A DNA stretch of 36,585 nt from a virus (Duplodnaviria; Heunggongvirae; Uroviricota; Caudoviricetes), in IMG/VR virus record IMGVR_UViG_2778261448_000005. One strand, written 5' to 3'. The notes beneath the pieces are model-generated. The model had not been told where the DNA came from. It saw only the letters and a list, made by a program, of their open reading frames with translations, and made no database searches. The translations under genes and the position numbers were made by a program. Below are positions 1 to 9,012 of this stretch, piece after piece. Position 1 is the first letter of the stretch; each line of letters opens with the position of its first letter.

Positions 1-1020
1 TTAATCCCCCGTGGACACTGCGTGGACACTCACGCCACCTTTCAGCGGATTAAGGGCCACCGCATCCTGCAGGTAATCCGATGCAAAATGTGCATATGCC
101 ATTGTTTGCTGAATGGTTGCGTGGCCAAGAATCTTCTGAAGCGCAATAATGTTTCCTCCGTTCATCACAAAATGGCTGGCGAACGTATGCCGCAGCACAT
201 GTGCAGCCTGGCCTTTTGGCAAATCGGGCTTAACTCTTTTCAGCGCCAAGCAGAATTCCCGGTACTTCACCTCAAACAAGCCGCCTGTTTCTCTGGTTTT
301 GATCGCCTCACAAACTGCCTGCGAAATTGGCACTGTTCTCTTTCGGCCATTTTTGGTTTCAAGAAACGTTACACGGTTATGAACTATCTGTTCACCACGA
401 AGCTTACAGGCTTCACTCCAGCGCGCCCCCGTGCTTAAACACAAAAGCGCAACACGCCAGTAATCGCCCTCCAGTGTATCGAGCAATAACGCCACTTCCT
501 TCTGGGACAGGAAAGCCATTTCTCGTGGAGATACATAAAGAATAGAAATTCCCCTTACCGGATGTTCTGCATCCCAGAGGCCTATTTTCTTCAGTACGGT
601 AAACATTCCGGATAACCGATTCATGTATCTGTTAGCAGATGACGGTTTCAATCCATCAGCTATCTTTTGAGAACGCCACGCGATAATTTTTAGCTTATCA
701 AGATCCACAGCCTGCATATCAGCGCCAAGCTCATTGATTATGTTGCGCAGTTGTTTTCGGTCTTCTTCCGCCTTACGCCTGTGCTGGCCGTGATACATCC
801 ACCACAACTCAAGCAAATCATTTAGCGTTCGACGATCACGGTAGCCCTGTATATATTCCCGCTTTTCAGCGTTCGCCATGATGTAGCGTTCAGTGGCCAC
901 CGCTACCGATTTTTTGTCAAATACCTTACGCACGCGCTTTCCCTTGCGTCCGTTCGGCCTGATGTCCAGCAAATAACGACCATCTTCGAGCTTCTTAATC
1001 GACATTGCGAAGCCCTCCAA
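1..1020 (-). CDS. int: tyrosine integrase
   Basis: 339-aa ORF. C-terminal region carries the tyrosine-recombinase catalytic box (HVLRHTFASH ... MAYAHF). Sits at the prophage edge next to the repressor, as in P2. Confidence 0.9.
   Translation of the reverse strand: MEGFAMSIKKLEDGRYLLDIRPNGRKGKRVRKVFDKKSVAVATERYIMANAEKREYIQGYRDRRTLNDLLELWWMYHGQHRRKAEEDRKQLRNIINELGADMQAVDLDKLKIIAWRSQKIADGLKPSSANRYMNRLSGMFTVLKKIGLWDAEHPVRGISILYVSPREMAFLSQKEVALLLDTLEGDYWRVALLCLSTGARWSEACKLRGEQIVHNRVTFLETKNGRKRTVPISQAVCEAIKTRETGGLFEVKYREFCLALKRVKPDLPKGQAAHVLRHTFASHFVMNGGNIIALQKILGHATIQQTMAYAHFASDYLQDAVALNPLKGGVSVHAVSTGD
11..29. repeat. candidate attL core, direct repeat of 35405-35423
   Basis: GTGGaCACTGCGTGGACAC here versus GTGGtCACTGCGTGGACAC at 35405-35423 (14-bp exact core, 19 bp with one mismatch). 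Lies within the last codons of int. Confidence 0.4.
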
Positions 1021-1101
1021 TGAACCGCTCTACAATTTCTCCAGCCTCTTTCCAGCAATAATCAGACCAGACAAAAAGCAGGTCTAACCAGTTTTCTGGC
1101 C

Positions 1102-1476
1102 TCAGCGGGATAATTTTTGGATTGTTTCGGTTGAAACACGATCTCCCTCCGAATTGCAGGAACCATCAAGAGAGAGAGCCGGAGAAATTTGCCCAACCTC
1201 CGGCATCGTTTCATCTGTTGATAACCAATAAGCATATTTCTTAAATTTAGGGTGTTTCGTAACCTTAAGTAAGGCACCCTCTGTTACTTGCTTCCCCCTC
1301 ACCTCATAGTTAGTTACCGTCCCATAAGGCAGCCCAACACAATCCGCAAACTCCTGGCGGGTCATACCTTCTGCTTCACGAATCAGGCGAAATTTTTCAC
1401 CCATGCTTGACAAAGATGCCATATCGGGCATATCCCCCATCGCAACATGCCACATCGGGCACAAACATAAAAACAC
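1102..1476 (-). CDS. immunity repressor, C-type with Cro/CI-like HTH; true start probably an internal Met near 1422-1440
   Basis: HTH-like segment MTRQEFADCVGLPYGTVTNYE. Divergent from the cox-like gene and adjacent to int, matching the P2 C position. Confidence 0.75.
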   Translation of the reverse strand: MFLCLCPMWHVAMGDMPDMASLSSMGEKFRLIREAEGMTRQEFADCVGLPYGTVTNYEVRGKQVTEGALLKVTKHPKFKKYAYWLSTDETMPEVGQISPALSLDGSCNSEGDRVSTETIQKLSR

Positions 1477-1480
1477 TCAA

Positions 1481-1510
1481 ATAAGCCGATATAAGCCATT
1501 TTGAGCCATT
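1481..1510. promoter_or_regulatory. phased direct repeats in the C/cox switch region, candidate operators
   Basis: Three ~10-bp tandem units ATAAGCCGAT / ATAAGCCATT / TTGAGCCATT between the divergent repressor and cox-like genes. Confidence 0.35.
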
Positions 1511-1535
1511 CGAACGAATTAGGGAGATTACCACA

Positions 1536-1823
1536 ATGAGCGAATCAGAGCTTGGGGGCTTCATTCAGGTAGCACCATATCCACTTGAAGCGGTGCCATA
1601 TCAACTATTCGCCAAGATGATCGGCCGCAAGGAATCCACAGTCAGAACCATGATTGACGCAGCAAAGCTACCGACAATTGACTTTGTGAAACCAGGTTCA
1701 GTAAAGACGCGTGCATCAGAAAACTGGGTATATCTGCCAGCATTTAACGAAGGCATGCGCAAAGCGTTTTTTGAGCAACCGAAAGAACGCCGCGATGCAT
1801 GGTTGTTGTGGCTGGGGCTTTAG
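1536..1823 (+). CDS. cox: Cox/Apl-like excisionase and switch regulator
   Basis: 95-aa ORF, first gene of the rightward early operon, divergent from the repressor. AGGGAG RBS upstream. Call rests on position and size. Confidence 0.65.
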   Translation: MSESELGGFIQVAPYPLEAVPYQLFAKMIGRKESTVRTMIDAAKLPTIDFVKPGSVKTRASENWVYLPAFNEGMRKAFFEQPKERRDAWLLWLGL

Positions 1824-1829
1824 TCATAA

Positions 1830-2036
1830 ATGACCAGCCATATCATCAGCGCCATTCTGACCCTTGTTTTTATTGAGATAGGCGTAATAGCGATCTATTT
1901 GTTTCGTAAGTTAACGGGACATGAAGAACGCTTTATTGAACTCAGCATTGAATATATCGCCGCTTATACCAAAGGGCTTTTCCCGGCAGCTATTGGGGCG
2001 ATGTTTATAGCGTTTGTTATCTGGTTTATCGGGTGA
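1830..2036 (+). CDS. small membrane protein, two predicted TM helices
   Basis: 68-aa hydrophobic ORF directly after cox. Confidence 0.4.
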   Translation: MTSHIISAILTLVFIEIGVIAIYLFRKLTGHEERFIELSIEYIAAYTKGLFPAAIGAMFIAFVIWFIG

Positions 2037-2075
2037 GAAACCTGATAAACCACAACTACTGCAATGAGGGTAATT

Positions 2076-2183
2076 ATGTGTGGCATGGACAAATTGGACC
2101 TTATGTTAATTGTAATACTATCAATTAACTTCGGTTACCTCTTAAGCGGCGTAATTCTCATGTGCGGAGGCAAACGAAAATGA
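2076..2183 (+). CDS. small hydrophobic peptide, 35 aa
   Basis: ATG preceded by GAGGG. Translation MCGMDKLDLMLIVILSINFGYLLSGVILMCGGKRK. Stop overlaps the next start (ATGA). Confidence 0.3.
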   Translation: MCGMDKLDLMLIVILSINFGYLLSGVILMCGGKRK

Positions 2184-2287
2184 ACCAGCAGTCCGCACAA
2201 CGTGAAAACAATGCGATGCGATTTAATCGCAAATATTTTGAGTTCGGCCGCTATGCCGGAATAATTAAATCTGTACAGAGTCTTTAA
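2180..2287 (+). CDS. small basic peptide, 35 aa
   Basis: Translationally coupled to the flanking ORFs (ATGA overlap upstream, TAA-ATG downstream). Confidence 0.3.
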   Translation: MNQQSAQRENNAMRFNRKYFEFGRYAGIIKSVQSL

Positions 2288-2288
2288 C

Positions 2289-2630
2289 ATGAAACAGCAA
2301 CGTAATTCACGCTTTCGTAATGGTGCTGAACGTCACGCTAATCGTTTCGCTACCAGTGCATCACGCAGCAACATCCGCTACAGCCTGAGTGATACACACG
2401 CAACGCCGGATGGCTACCCAGTAAAACAAATCGGCGAGCATGCCTGGCTGATTGAGAAAGCTGGAATCGTGGTCCACAAATGCCCACGCAACCCGTTTAC
2501 TGGAAACCGCATTTTTGCTCTAAGCAGCGGCGAAAATCAGTTCGGGCAGGATTTCACATTATACGAAGCACTACGCACGGTTGATCGTCTGCTTCGCGGA
2601 CAAAGTTTTATTAAACAGGCTGATTTATAA
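2289..2630 (+). CDS. hypothetical early-region protein
   Basis: 113-aa ORF in the early operon, no recognisable motif. Confidence 0.4.
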   Translation: MKQQRNSRFRNGAERHANRFATSASRSNIRYSLSDTHATPDGYPVKQIGEHAWLIEKAGIVVHKCPRNPFTGNRIFALSSGENQFGQDFTLYEALRTVDRLLRGQSFIKQADL

Positions 2631-2640
2631 CAGGTGCTTT

Positions 2641-2928
2641 ATGACCAAAGACCATGCACAAGGTGTATTTATCCGTTTTATTGATTTTCGCGGTGAACTG
2701 TTATTACGCGCATCCGCTATTGATGGAGTGGCTCCGGCGGGTAAAAACGGAGCCGACGAAGCCACTTACGTTTATCTGAACGGCACGCGACTGCTTGTGG
2801 AACTTCCGTACCAGACCGTACGAGAAATCATTAGCAAAGCTGAAAAAGCGCGCCAGGCTAATGGCAATGAACCCTATATCGAAATTATTTGCATGGATTC
2901 AGAAGCTGAAATTCAGAAAGCAGATTAA
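2641..2928 (+). CDS. hypothetical early-region protein
   Basis: ORF-track frame 2581-2928, start moved to the ATG at 2641 (MTKDHAQ...). Confidence 0.4.
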   Translation: MTKDHAQGVFIRFIDFRGELLLRASAIDGVAPAGKNGADEATYVYLNGTRLLVELPYQTVREIISKAEKARQANGNEPYIEIICMDSEAEIQKAD

Positions 2929-2939
2929 AGGGTGTTGCA

Positions 2940-3182
2940 ATGGGCAAAGAATATAAAACACTCATCAACAAAGCACTTGAGCGTTTTTATTTTCGCTTAA
3001 GTGCATCAGGCTCTCATGCTGAACGTGCAGCCCGTGACTCATTGACCAGGGCAATCCGGAGTCTGTATGACGTGGCTTTTTACGCTGATGATCTGGATGC
3101 ACTTAACGAACTTTCCGAGCTAATCTGTGCCGCAGAATGCGGGGAACATATTGAACCGTATAAGCTGGGGAATATCGCATGA
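2940..3182 (+). CDS. hypothetical early-region protein
   Basis: 80-aa ORF. Confidence 0.4.
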   Translation: MGKEYKTLINKALERFYFRLSASGSHAERAARDSLTRAIRSLYDVAFYADDLDALNELSELICAAECGEHIEPYKLGNIA

Positions 3183-3292
3183 GTATATTTATCTCATGGC
3201 TTGTTCTGATTATTTCTGTGGCCTGCGCCATTGGGATTATGCGAATTATTCATTCAGTAAAAAAGATTGAACGCTTTTTCACTGGCGAATAA
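3179..3292 (+). CDS. small single-TM peptide, 37 aa
   Basis: ATGA overlap with the preceding ORF. Translation MSIFISWLVLIISVACAIGIMRIIHSVKKIERFFTGE. Confidence 0.3.
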   Translation: MSIFISWLVLIISVACAIGIMRIIHSVKKIERFFTGE

Positions 3293-3378
3293 CAGAGCAA
3301 ATAAAACCACAGGTTAAATAAGAAAATGTAAAAACAATCCGCATTCGCGGAGGTATTCGCATACGCCAAGGAGGCGTA

Positions 3379-3582
3379 ATGGCAATTAAGCATTTTCCTG
3401 TCGTTCGTTTTACCTCCAGAGGACGTGAATACGAAGTCGACGAACGCCTGATTACCACAATCGACAAACACCGTTCAGAAAAGGATGCACATCACATCTA
3501 TCTCACTGACGGCACTTACTTCTGCGCCACGAATGTGGTGCAGGTGAACCTTATCCGACAGGTACAGGAGTCACGCAGATGA
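3379..3582 (+). CDS. hypothetical early-region protein
   Basis: 67-aa ORF with GGAGG RBS upstream. Confidence 0.4.
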   Translation: MAIKHFPVVRFTSRGREYEVDERLITTIDKHRSEKDAHHIYLTDGTYFCATNVVQVNLIRQVQESRR

Positions 3583-3824
3583 CCATTCTGGATTATATCG
3601 CTGCCAATCCGGGGTGTAGCGGTGGAGAAATCGCCGCAGCACTGAATACCCCAACCACAGCCATTAATGCGGAGTTACGCCGACTCTGGCGCAGCGGTTC
3701 AGTCATAAGAAAAGAGCGCAAAACAGGCGGTCGCTTTTCTTACCAGATAAACCCGATGCCGTTCGGGTGCGGCAATCCACTTACCAACATGTTTAACCAG
3801 CTACTGAAGGAAGCCAGAGCATGA
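3579..3824 (+). CDS. small putative DNA-binding protein (winged-helix-like)
   Basis: 81-aa ORF, start overlaps the previous stop. Assignment by composition only. Confidence 0.4.
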   Translation: MTILDYIAANPGCSGGEIAAALNTPTTAINAELRRLWRSGSVIRKERKTGGRFSYQINPMPFGCGNPLTNMFNQLLKEARA

Positions 3825-4120
3825 GCACCATCAACCACCAGAAGCTACGCGAACTGGCATTTGCCCTGCAACGAATGGCAACGCCTCAAAAATTACTGGC
3901 ATTTCGCGCAATGCTCTCGCCGTCTGCTGTGCTGGCACTGCTGGATCAGCTGGAGCACGCCAGAACCACGGCTCCTGCCATTCGCCTCACGCTCCATCAT
4001 GAAATCGCTGATTTCTGCGCAACGCTGGGGGCACCTGGCGAACCGGAAACGCCGGAAGCAATGCAGCAAGAGCTGCTGCAACGCATCGATAACGTTTTTG
4101 ATTTTTTTCTGAACCAGTAA
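3821..4120 (+). CDS. hypothetical early-region protein
   Basis: 99-aa ORF, overlapping start and stop with the preceding gene. Confidence 0.4.
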   Translation: MSTINHQKLRELAFALQRMATPQKLLAFRAMLSPSAVLALLDQLEHARTTAPAIRLTLHHEIADFCATLGAPGEPETPEAMQQELLQRIDNVFDFFLNQ

Positions 4121-4243
4121 GAAACCAGAACATGCACACACAAAAAAACCGCTTGCCATGCCTCAATCGGTCAGGTTACATTTCCGCTGCACCTCATAAA
4201 ACGGGTGCCGGGATTCTCAACCCGATACAGAGCAAAGCGCATA

Positions 4244-4263
4244 ACCGCGCAAGCGGTTTTTTT
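4244..4263 (+). terminator. intrinsic-terminator-like hairpin with U-run
   Basis: AACCGC-GCAA-GCGGTT stem-loop followed by TTTTTTT, downstream of the ORF ending at 4120. Confidence 0.45.
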
Positions 4264-4442
4264 GTGCGTACTGTATTGCCACGTCTTTTTCGCGTCAGAA
4301 TTATGGCGGGGCGTACGGGGCCGACTTCGGTCGGGCCGGATTCTTTGCTCTCCGGTGTTGAGAACCCTGTACGTCTCGCCACCCCGAGATTCTCAACTCT
4401 GGATGGTGAGTTATTTCTATCACCGAGCAAAGAGGCCACACC

Positions 4443-4673
4443 ATGGCAGACCGCAAACAGCACCGCGCTATCGCGGAGCGTCGTCACATCCAGACTGAAA
4501 TCAACCGCAGACTTTCCCGCGCATCACGCGTCGCGCAAATCATGCACATCAATATGCTGCATGAGCGCAGCCACGCACTATCAAACATTTATTCCGCCTC
4601 TGTTTTCAGCTATCTGGCGGATGATCTGCACGAGCTTCAACAGCTCATCCAGCAGCAAAACAAACTCCATTAA
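4443..4673 (+). CDS. hypothetical early-region protein
   Basis: 76-aa ORF with GAGG RBS upstream. Confidence 0.4.
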   Translation: MADRKQHRAIAERRHIQTEINRRLSRASRVAQIMHINMLHERSHALSNIYSASVFSYLADDLHELQQLIQQQNKLH

Positions 4674-4745
4674 TTCCTGTTCCGGGCCTTTTCTGCACCT
4701 TGCGGCGGGAGGCCTTCGCACATCTGTAGTAAAGAGAATTGCAGC

Positions 4746-5135
4746 ATGATTGACGCTCATGACTTCACAAGATGGGTGCGCACACAGGACACCCGTCTGG
4801 CTCCCGTTCTTCAGGGGTTATTTGATCTCTACATCCGTGGTCGTGACAACAGAGCACGCACCACAAAACCGGAGAATGCAGACACCCTTTATTTCACAGT
4901 AGACGACTGCTACCGCGTGGACTTCACACCACACGGACTGGCGTTGCACTGCCTGACACCGCACGGCGAATCACTGCTGGCGTATTACGACTCTCCGGCC
5001 TCCGTATTTGCAGCAATGCTGGCGCATCGCACTGCTGGCGGGTGTGCCTCGCTGAGTGAATACACCGCTGAATTTAACCGCCTTTCCGCCCTCTTCTCGC
5101 AGGAGTGGCAGCGCGTGACGGGATACCAGCCATGA
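4746..5135 (+). CDS. hypothetical protein, translationally coupled to gpA
   Basis: 129-aa ORF whose stop overlaps the gpA start (ATGA at 5132-5135). Confidence 0.45.
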   Translation: MIDAHDFTRWVRTQDTRLAPVLQGLFDLYIRGRDNRARTTKPENADTLYFTVDDCYRVDFTPHGLALHCLTPHGESLLAYYDSPASVFAAMLAHRTAGGCASLSEYTAEFNRLSALFSQEWQRVTGYQP

Positions 5136-7972
5136 GTGCGTTTGCATGGAGCTGGAATGAACCACGACCAGCTATTGATCCGGCCAGATTTACGGAGCGC
5201 AGGCAGGAAACTGAAACCGACCTGCAACGCGCCATCCGTTACTACCTTGAGGCGGACAAAAGGGCACAGGAAGAACAGGAAGCGAAGGAAGAAGCCTTTT
5301 TCGCACAATCCGCCATGGGTAAAAAACTCATGGCATCCCTTGAGGAAGCCGGACAGCGTGAAAAGCTGGCACAGAGCATCATCAGTAAGCGCCGGGCAAC
5401 AGAACAAGACCCGGTAGCCCGTGCCTTTGCCACACTGAAGGCGCTTCCCGGTTATCTGCGAGAACCTCTGAGCCGCCACCTCTCTTTCCTGCGCAAGAAG
5501 CAGGAAGCCGATCGTCAGAAAGGCAAAAAGACCTGGCAGGCGGAACGCTATGCACGCGGAACCCTGCGCAAAATATTCGAACGTCTGGATCGCACTGACG
5601 GGCGCTGGCTGACACCTGGTTATCGCTCCCTTGCCGGACGCGAACGCCTGGACGATTTGCTTTACCTGCCGCAGCTCAACAAACACCAGATACAGACGCT
5701 GGCCACCATGACGGCGGCGATGTTCAGCAGCACCTTCGAAAAACTCTGCGATGGCTTTGGCGCGACCGATGGCGAACTGACCATGGATGTAACGCTGAAG
5801 GCGTATCAGATGCTGGCCCGCATGGCGTTACACCTGCACATCATGCCTCCACATTATGACGCACTGACAACAGATAAAGACCGGAGGAACGAACCGGACA
5901 CGGAGCTGCTGCCGGGCGCAATCCTTCGCCTGACCTGTGCGGAATGGTGGAAACGCAAACTGTGGCTGTTACGTTGCGAGTGGAGAGAAGAACAACTCCG
6001 CGCCGCCTGTCTGGTTTCCAGAAAAACATCGCCCTATCTGAGCCAGGACGCATTAAGCGAGTTTCGCGCACAGCGCGAGAAAACACGCGATTTCCTGAAA
6101 AGTTTCATGCTGGAAAACGAAGATGGGTTCACGATTGATCTCGAGACAGTGTATTACGCGGGAGTAAGTAACCCGGTTCACCGTAAGGCAGAAATGATGG
6201 CCACCATGAAGGGGCTGGAACTTCTGGCCGAAGCCCGTGGCGACAGAGCGGTGTTTCTGACTGTCACCTGCCCGTCAAAATACCACGCCACAACAGAGAA
6301 CGGTCATCCGAATCCCAAATGGAACGGAGCCACCATGCGCGACTCCAGCGATTACCTGGTTAACACGTTTTTTGCGGCGGTCCGCAAGAAACTGAACCGC
6401 GACGGCCTGCGCTGGTATGGCATCCGCACGGTGGAGCCTCACCATGACGGCACCGTGCACTGGCATATGATGGTCTTTGCTCATCCGGAAGAAATCGACA
6501 CTATTGTGTCCCACACCCGCGATATTGCCATTCAGGAAGATCGTCACGAGCTGGGTGATGATATTACCCCACGCTTTAAGGCGGAGTACGTCGACGGCTC
6601 AAAAGGCACACCGACCAGCTACATCGCCACCTACATCGGGAAAAACCTGGACAGCCGTGCCGTGGATGGCATCGACCCGAAAACGGGCAAGCCACGCGTT
6701 GACCACGAAACCGGAAAATCAATGGCCGAGAGCGTGGAACGCGCCATCGGCTGGGCGCGCCTTCACCGGGTCCGCCAGTTCCAGTTCTTTGGCATCCCCT
6801 CCCGCCAGGTATGGCGTGAACTGCGCCGCCTTGCCAGCCAGATGGCACGCAACCCGGAAGGCCCGCAACGGCTGAAGGATGACGCAATGGATGCGGTTCT
6901 TGCCGCCGCTGATGCCGGATGTTTTGCCACCTACATAGAGAAACAGGGCGGCGTACTTGTTCCACGCAAAGACTACCTGATTCGCACCGCCTACGACCTC
7001 GCCGATGAGATGAACGATTACGGCGAACAGAGCGTACAGATTTACGGGATCTGGTCACCACTCATCGGGGAATCCTCCCGTGTGTGCACGCATCCGGATA
7101 ACTGGAAGCTGGTAAGACGCAAACCGGAAGCGGAAGACAGCGCCCGCGAAAATGGTTTTGACCTTCAGGGCGGCCCTGCCGCCCCTTGGACTCGTGGCAA
7201 TAACTGTCCCCGTGTACAGGAAACGGACAACAACGGGACAGAACAGCCGGAAGAACGGCCAGCACCGTGGCCGCAGCTCCCTAACGGCGTTGAAGTGAAC
7301 GAATGGATGCGCTCACTGAAACGACACGAACGCCGGGCGCTGATGCGTTCGCTTCGTGACAAACAGGCAAAAAACAGCAGCGATGAAATGCAGAGCTGGA
7401 CACAGAGCCGCAAACAGCAGCGGCCTTTGCCTGATAACCACGAATTACTCGCTAAAGAATGGCGGGAGTCTGCTGAATCTCTCGGCCTGCATATCGGTGA
7501 ACAACAGATGCAGCACCTGTTACGGGGCGGCAGTCTGTACGTTGACGGCAGCATCATTGCACCGCAGGGATTTGAAATTGTACGCAAACCGGATGCCCGC
7601 CCGGACAGCCGAATCACGCAGCTCTGGCAGCGCCTGAGCCGTAATCACGGCGTAAGCAGCACGGAGATCCGCCATAACCCGGTCTCCAGCTATCTGGCAC
7701 AGCTCGGGGCATCAGACCCCGAAGCCGCCGCACGCCTGGCATCCACACTTCAGCAGGTCCAGAACACCATGAAAACACCCGTTACCGTGCTTTCTGACAT
7801 GCTGCGCGCCATTCGTGACGCAGAGCACGCACAGAGAATCAGAGAAACCACTGAACGCGCCCGCCGCAAAGCAAACCTGCTGAGGACTGGCCTGACCAGT
7901 GGAAACAAAAAACAGACAGAAACGGGATTCACAAATCCCGTAAATGAGCAAAAAACGCGCCGCGATATATGA
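5132..7972 (+). CDS. A: rolling-circle replication initiation endonuclease, P2 gpA family, with a long C-terminal extension
   Basis: Metal-binding HxH motif (HDGTVHWHMMVF) and paired active-site tyrosines (SYIATYIGKN). About 946 aa from the ATG at 5132. Confidence 0.9.
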   Translation: MSAFAWSWNEPRPAIDPARFTERRQETETDLQRAIRYYLEADKRAQEEQEAKEEAFFAQSAMGKKLMASLEEAGQREKLAQSIISKRRATEQDPVARAFATLKALPGYLREPLSRHLSFLRKKQEADRQKGKKTWQAERYARGTLRKIFERLDRTDGRWLTPGYRSLAGRERLDDLLYLPQLNKHQIQTLATMTAAMFSSTFEKLCDGFGATDGELTMDVTLKAYQMLARMALHLHIMPPHYDALTTDKDRRNEPDTELLPGAILRLTCAEWWKRKLWLLRCEWREEQLRAACLVSRKTSPYLSQDALSEFRAQREKTRDFLKSFMLENEDGFTIDLETVYYAGVSNPVHRKAEMMATMKGLELLAEARGDRAVFLTVTCPSKYHATTENGHPNPKWNGATMRDSSDYLVNTFFAAVRKKLNRDGLRWYGIRTVEPHHDGTVHWHMMVFAHPEEIDTIVSHTRDIAIQEDRHELGDDITPRFKAEYVDGSKGTPTSYIATYIGKNLDSRAVDGIDPKTGKPRVDHETGKSMAESVERAIGWARLHRVRQFQFFGIPSRQVWRELRRLASQMARNPEGPQRLKDDAMDAVLAAADAGCFATYIEKQGGVLVPRKDYLIRTAYDLADEMNDYGEQSVQIYGIWSPLIGESSRVCTHPDNWKLVRRKPEAEDSARENGFDLQGGPAAPWTRGNNCPRVQETDNNGTEQPEERPAPWPQLPNGVEVNEWMRSLKRHERRALMRSLRDKQAKNSSDEMQSWTQSRKQQRPLPDNHELLAKEWRESAESLGLHIGEQQMQHLLRGGSLYVDGSIIAPQGFEIVRKPDARPDSRITQLWQRLSRNHGVSSTEIRHNPVSSYLAQLGASDPEAAARLASTLQQVQNTMKTPVTVLSDMLRAIRDAEHAQRIRETTERARRKANLLRTGLTSGNKKQTETGFTNPVNEQKTRRDI

Positions 7973-8030
7973 AGCGCGCACAAAACAGGCGAAAGCGGGA
8001 TTTAAAAATCCCGTAAACGGTTAATTAACC
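7922..8030. promoter_or_regulatory. palindromic repeats across the gpA 3-prime end and parM leader, candidate ParR operator or centromere, or origin-associated
   Basis: Two copies of cGGGATT-N-AAATCCCGTAAA (7922-7944 and 7995-8017) and a perfect 12-bp palindrome GGTTAATTAACC (8019-8030). Confidence 0.35.
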
Positions 8031-8048
8031 AACATAAGGAAAATCGAC

Positions 8049-9008
8049 ATGAAAATTTGTATCGACGACGGCTCCACCAACATCAAGCTGGCATGGACTG
8101 AGAATGGCGAACGCCGCAACGCCATCAGCCCGAACAGCTTCAAGTCGGAATGGTCTGCGCCGTTCGGTGGCATGCAGCCCGCGAACTACATGCTTGATGG
8201 CGTGCGCTATGGTTTTGATCCGGTCAGCGATCGCTTTGTCCAGACGACCGACACGCAATACCAGTACAGCGATGTGAATGTAATCGCCATTCATCACGCG
8301 CTGGTCAAATCAGGCATCACGCCACAAGAGGTGGATGTGGTTGTCACCCTGCCACTGAGCGAGTATTTCGAGACAAACGCACAGCCGGACATGGCCAACA
8401 TCAACCGCAAAAAAGCGAACGTTATGCGCTCGGTGGAGTACCAGAACGGCGAAGCATTCACTATCCGTAACGTGCGGGTTATGCCTGAATCCATTCCGGC
8501 TGGCTTTAAAGCACTGGCTGACATGAGTCCGTTTGAATCCCTGCTGATTGTGGATTTAGGCGGAACCACGCTGGATGTGGCAAAGGTTCAAGGGCAACTG
8601 GCAGGTATCAGCCAGGTGTTTTGCGATCCACACGTAGGCGTTTCCCTGATGGCCGATGCCGTACTGTCGGTGATGGCCACTAACGGTATGCGCACCAGTC
8701 ACCACATCGCCAATACCATTATCGAACATCGCCATGATGAAGCCTGGCTGCGCCAGCACATCCACAATGACGCGCATTACGCCAGCCTGATGGCGGTTAT
8801 TCGTGAAAAGGAAGAAACACTGAAACAACGCGTGATCCGCGCGCTGGCGGTTTTTTCGGGTTACGGGCGGGTGATGGTTGTCGGTGGAGGGGCGGAGATT
8901 GTGGCACCCGCTATCCGCGAAGTCTGCGGAGTTAATGCGACTTTCATCGCGGACGGGGTGCCACAGTTTGCTCTGGTTAATGGGCTGTACGCAATGGACA
9001 AGGAGTAA
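8049..9008 (+). CDS. parM: ParM/StbA-family actin-like segregation ATPase
   Basis: N-terminus MKICIDDGSTNIKLAW and downstream blocks (SPNSFK, YSDVNVIAIHHAL, DLGGTTLDV, VGGGAEI) closely parallel plasmid R1 ParM as I recall it. AAGGAAA RBS. Confidence 0.85.
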   Translation: MKICIDDGSTNIKLAWTENGERRNAISPNSFKSEWSAPFGGMQPANYMLDGVRYGFDPVSDRFVQTTDTQYQYSDVNVIAIHHALVKSGITPQEVDVVVTLPLSEYFETNAQPDMANINRKKANVMRSVEYQNGEAFTIRNVRVMPESIPAGFKALADMSPFESLLIVDLGGTTLDVAKVQGQLAGISQVFCDPHVGVSLMADAVLSVMATNGMRTSHHIANTIIEHRHDEAWLRQHIHNDAHYASLMAVIREKEETLKQRVIRALAVFSGYGRVMVVGGGAEIVAPAIREVCGVNATFIADGVPQFALVNGLYAMDKE

Positions 9009-9012
9009 ACCA

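Noticed and set aside
4120-4442. Possible retron msr-msd (long inverted repeats flanking a structured RNA)
   Set aside because: No reverse-transcriptase ORF is present anywhere in the window, so the inverted repeats are better read as a terminator or sRNA structure.
4132-4749. 205-aa ORF spanning the structured region upstream of gpA
   Set aside because: It runs through a terminator and several hairpins, overlaps the better-supported ORF 4443-4673 and has Ser/Arg-biased composition; treated as non-coding structure.
6576-7617. Arg/Cys-rich minus-strand ORFs (6576-7061, 7165-7617) and plus-strand ORFs inside gpA
   Set aside because: They overlap the gpA frame, which carries clear rolling-circle initiator motifs, and their low-complexity composition is typical of out-of-frame translation.
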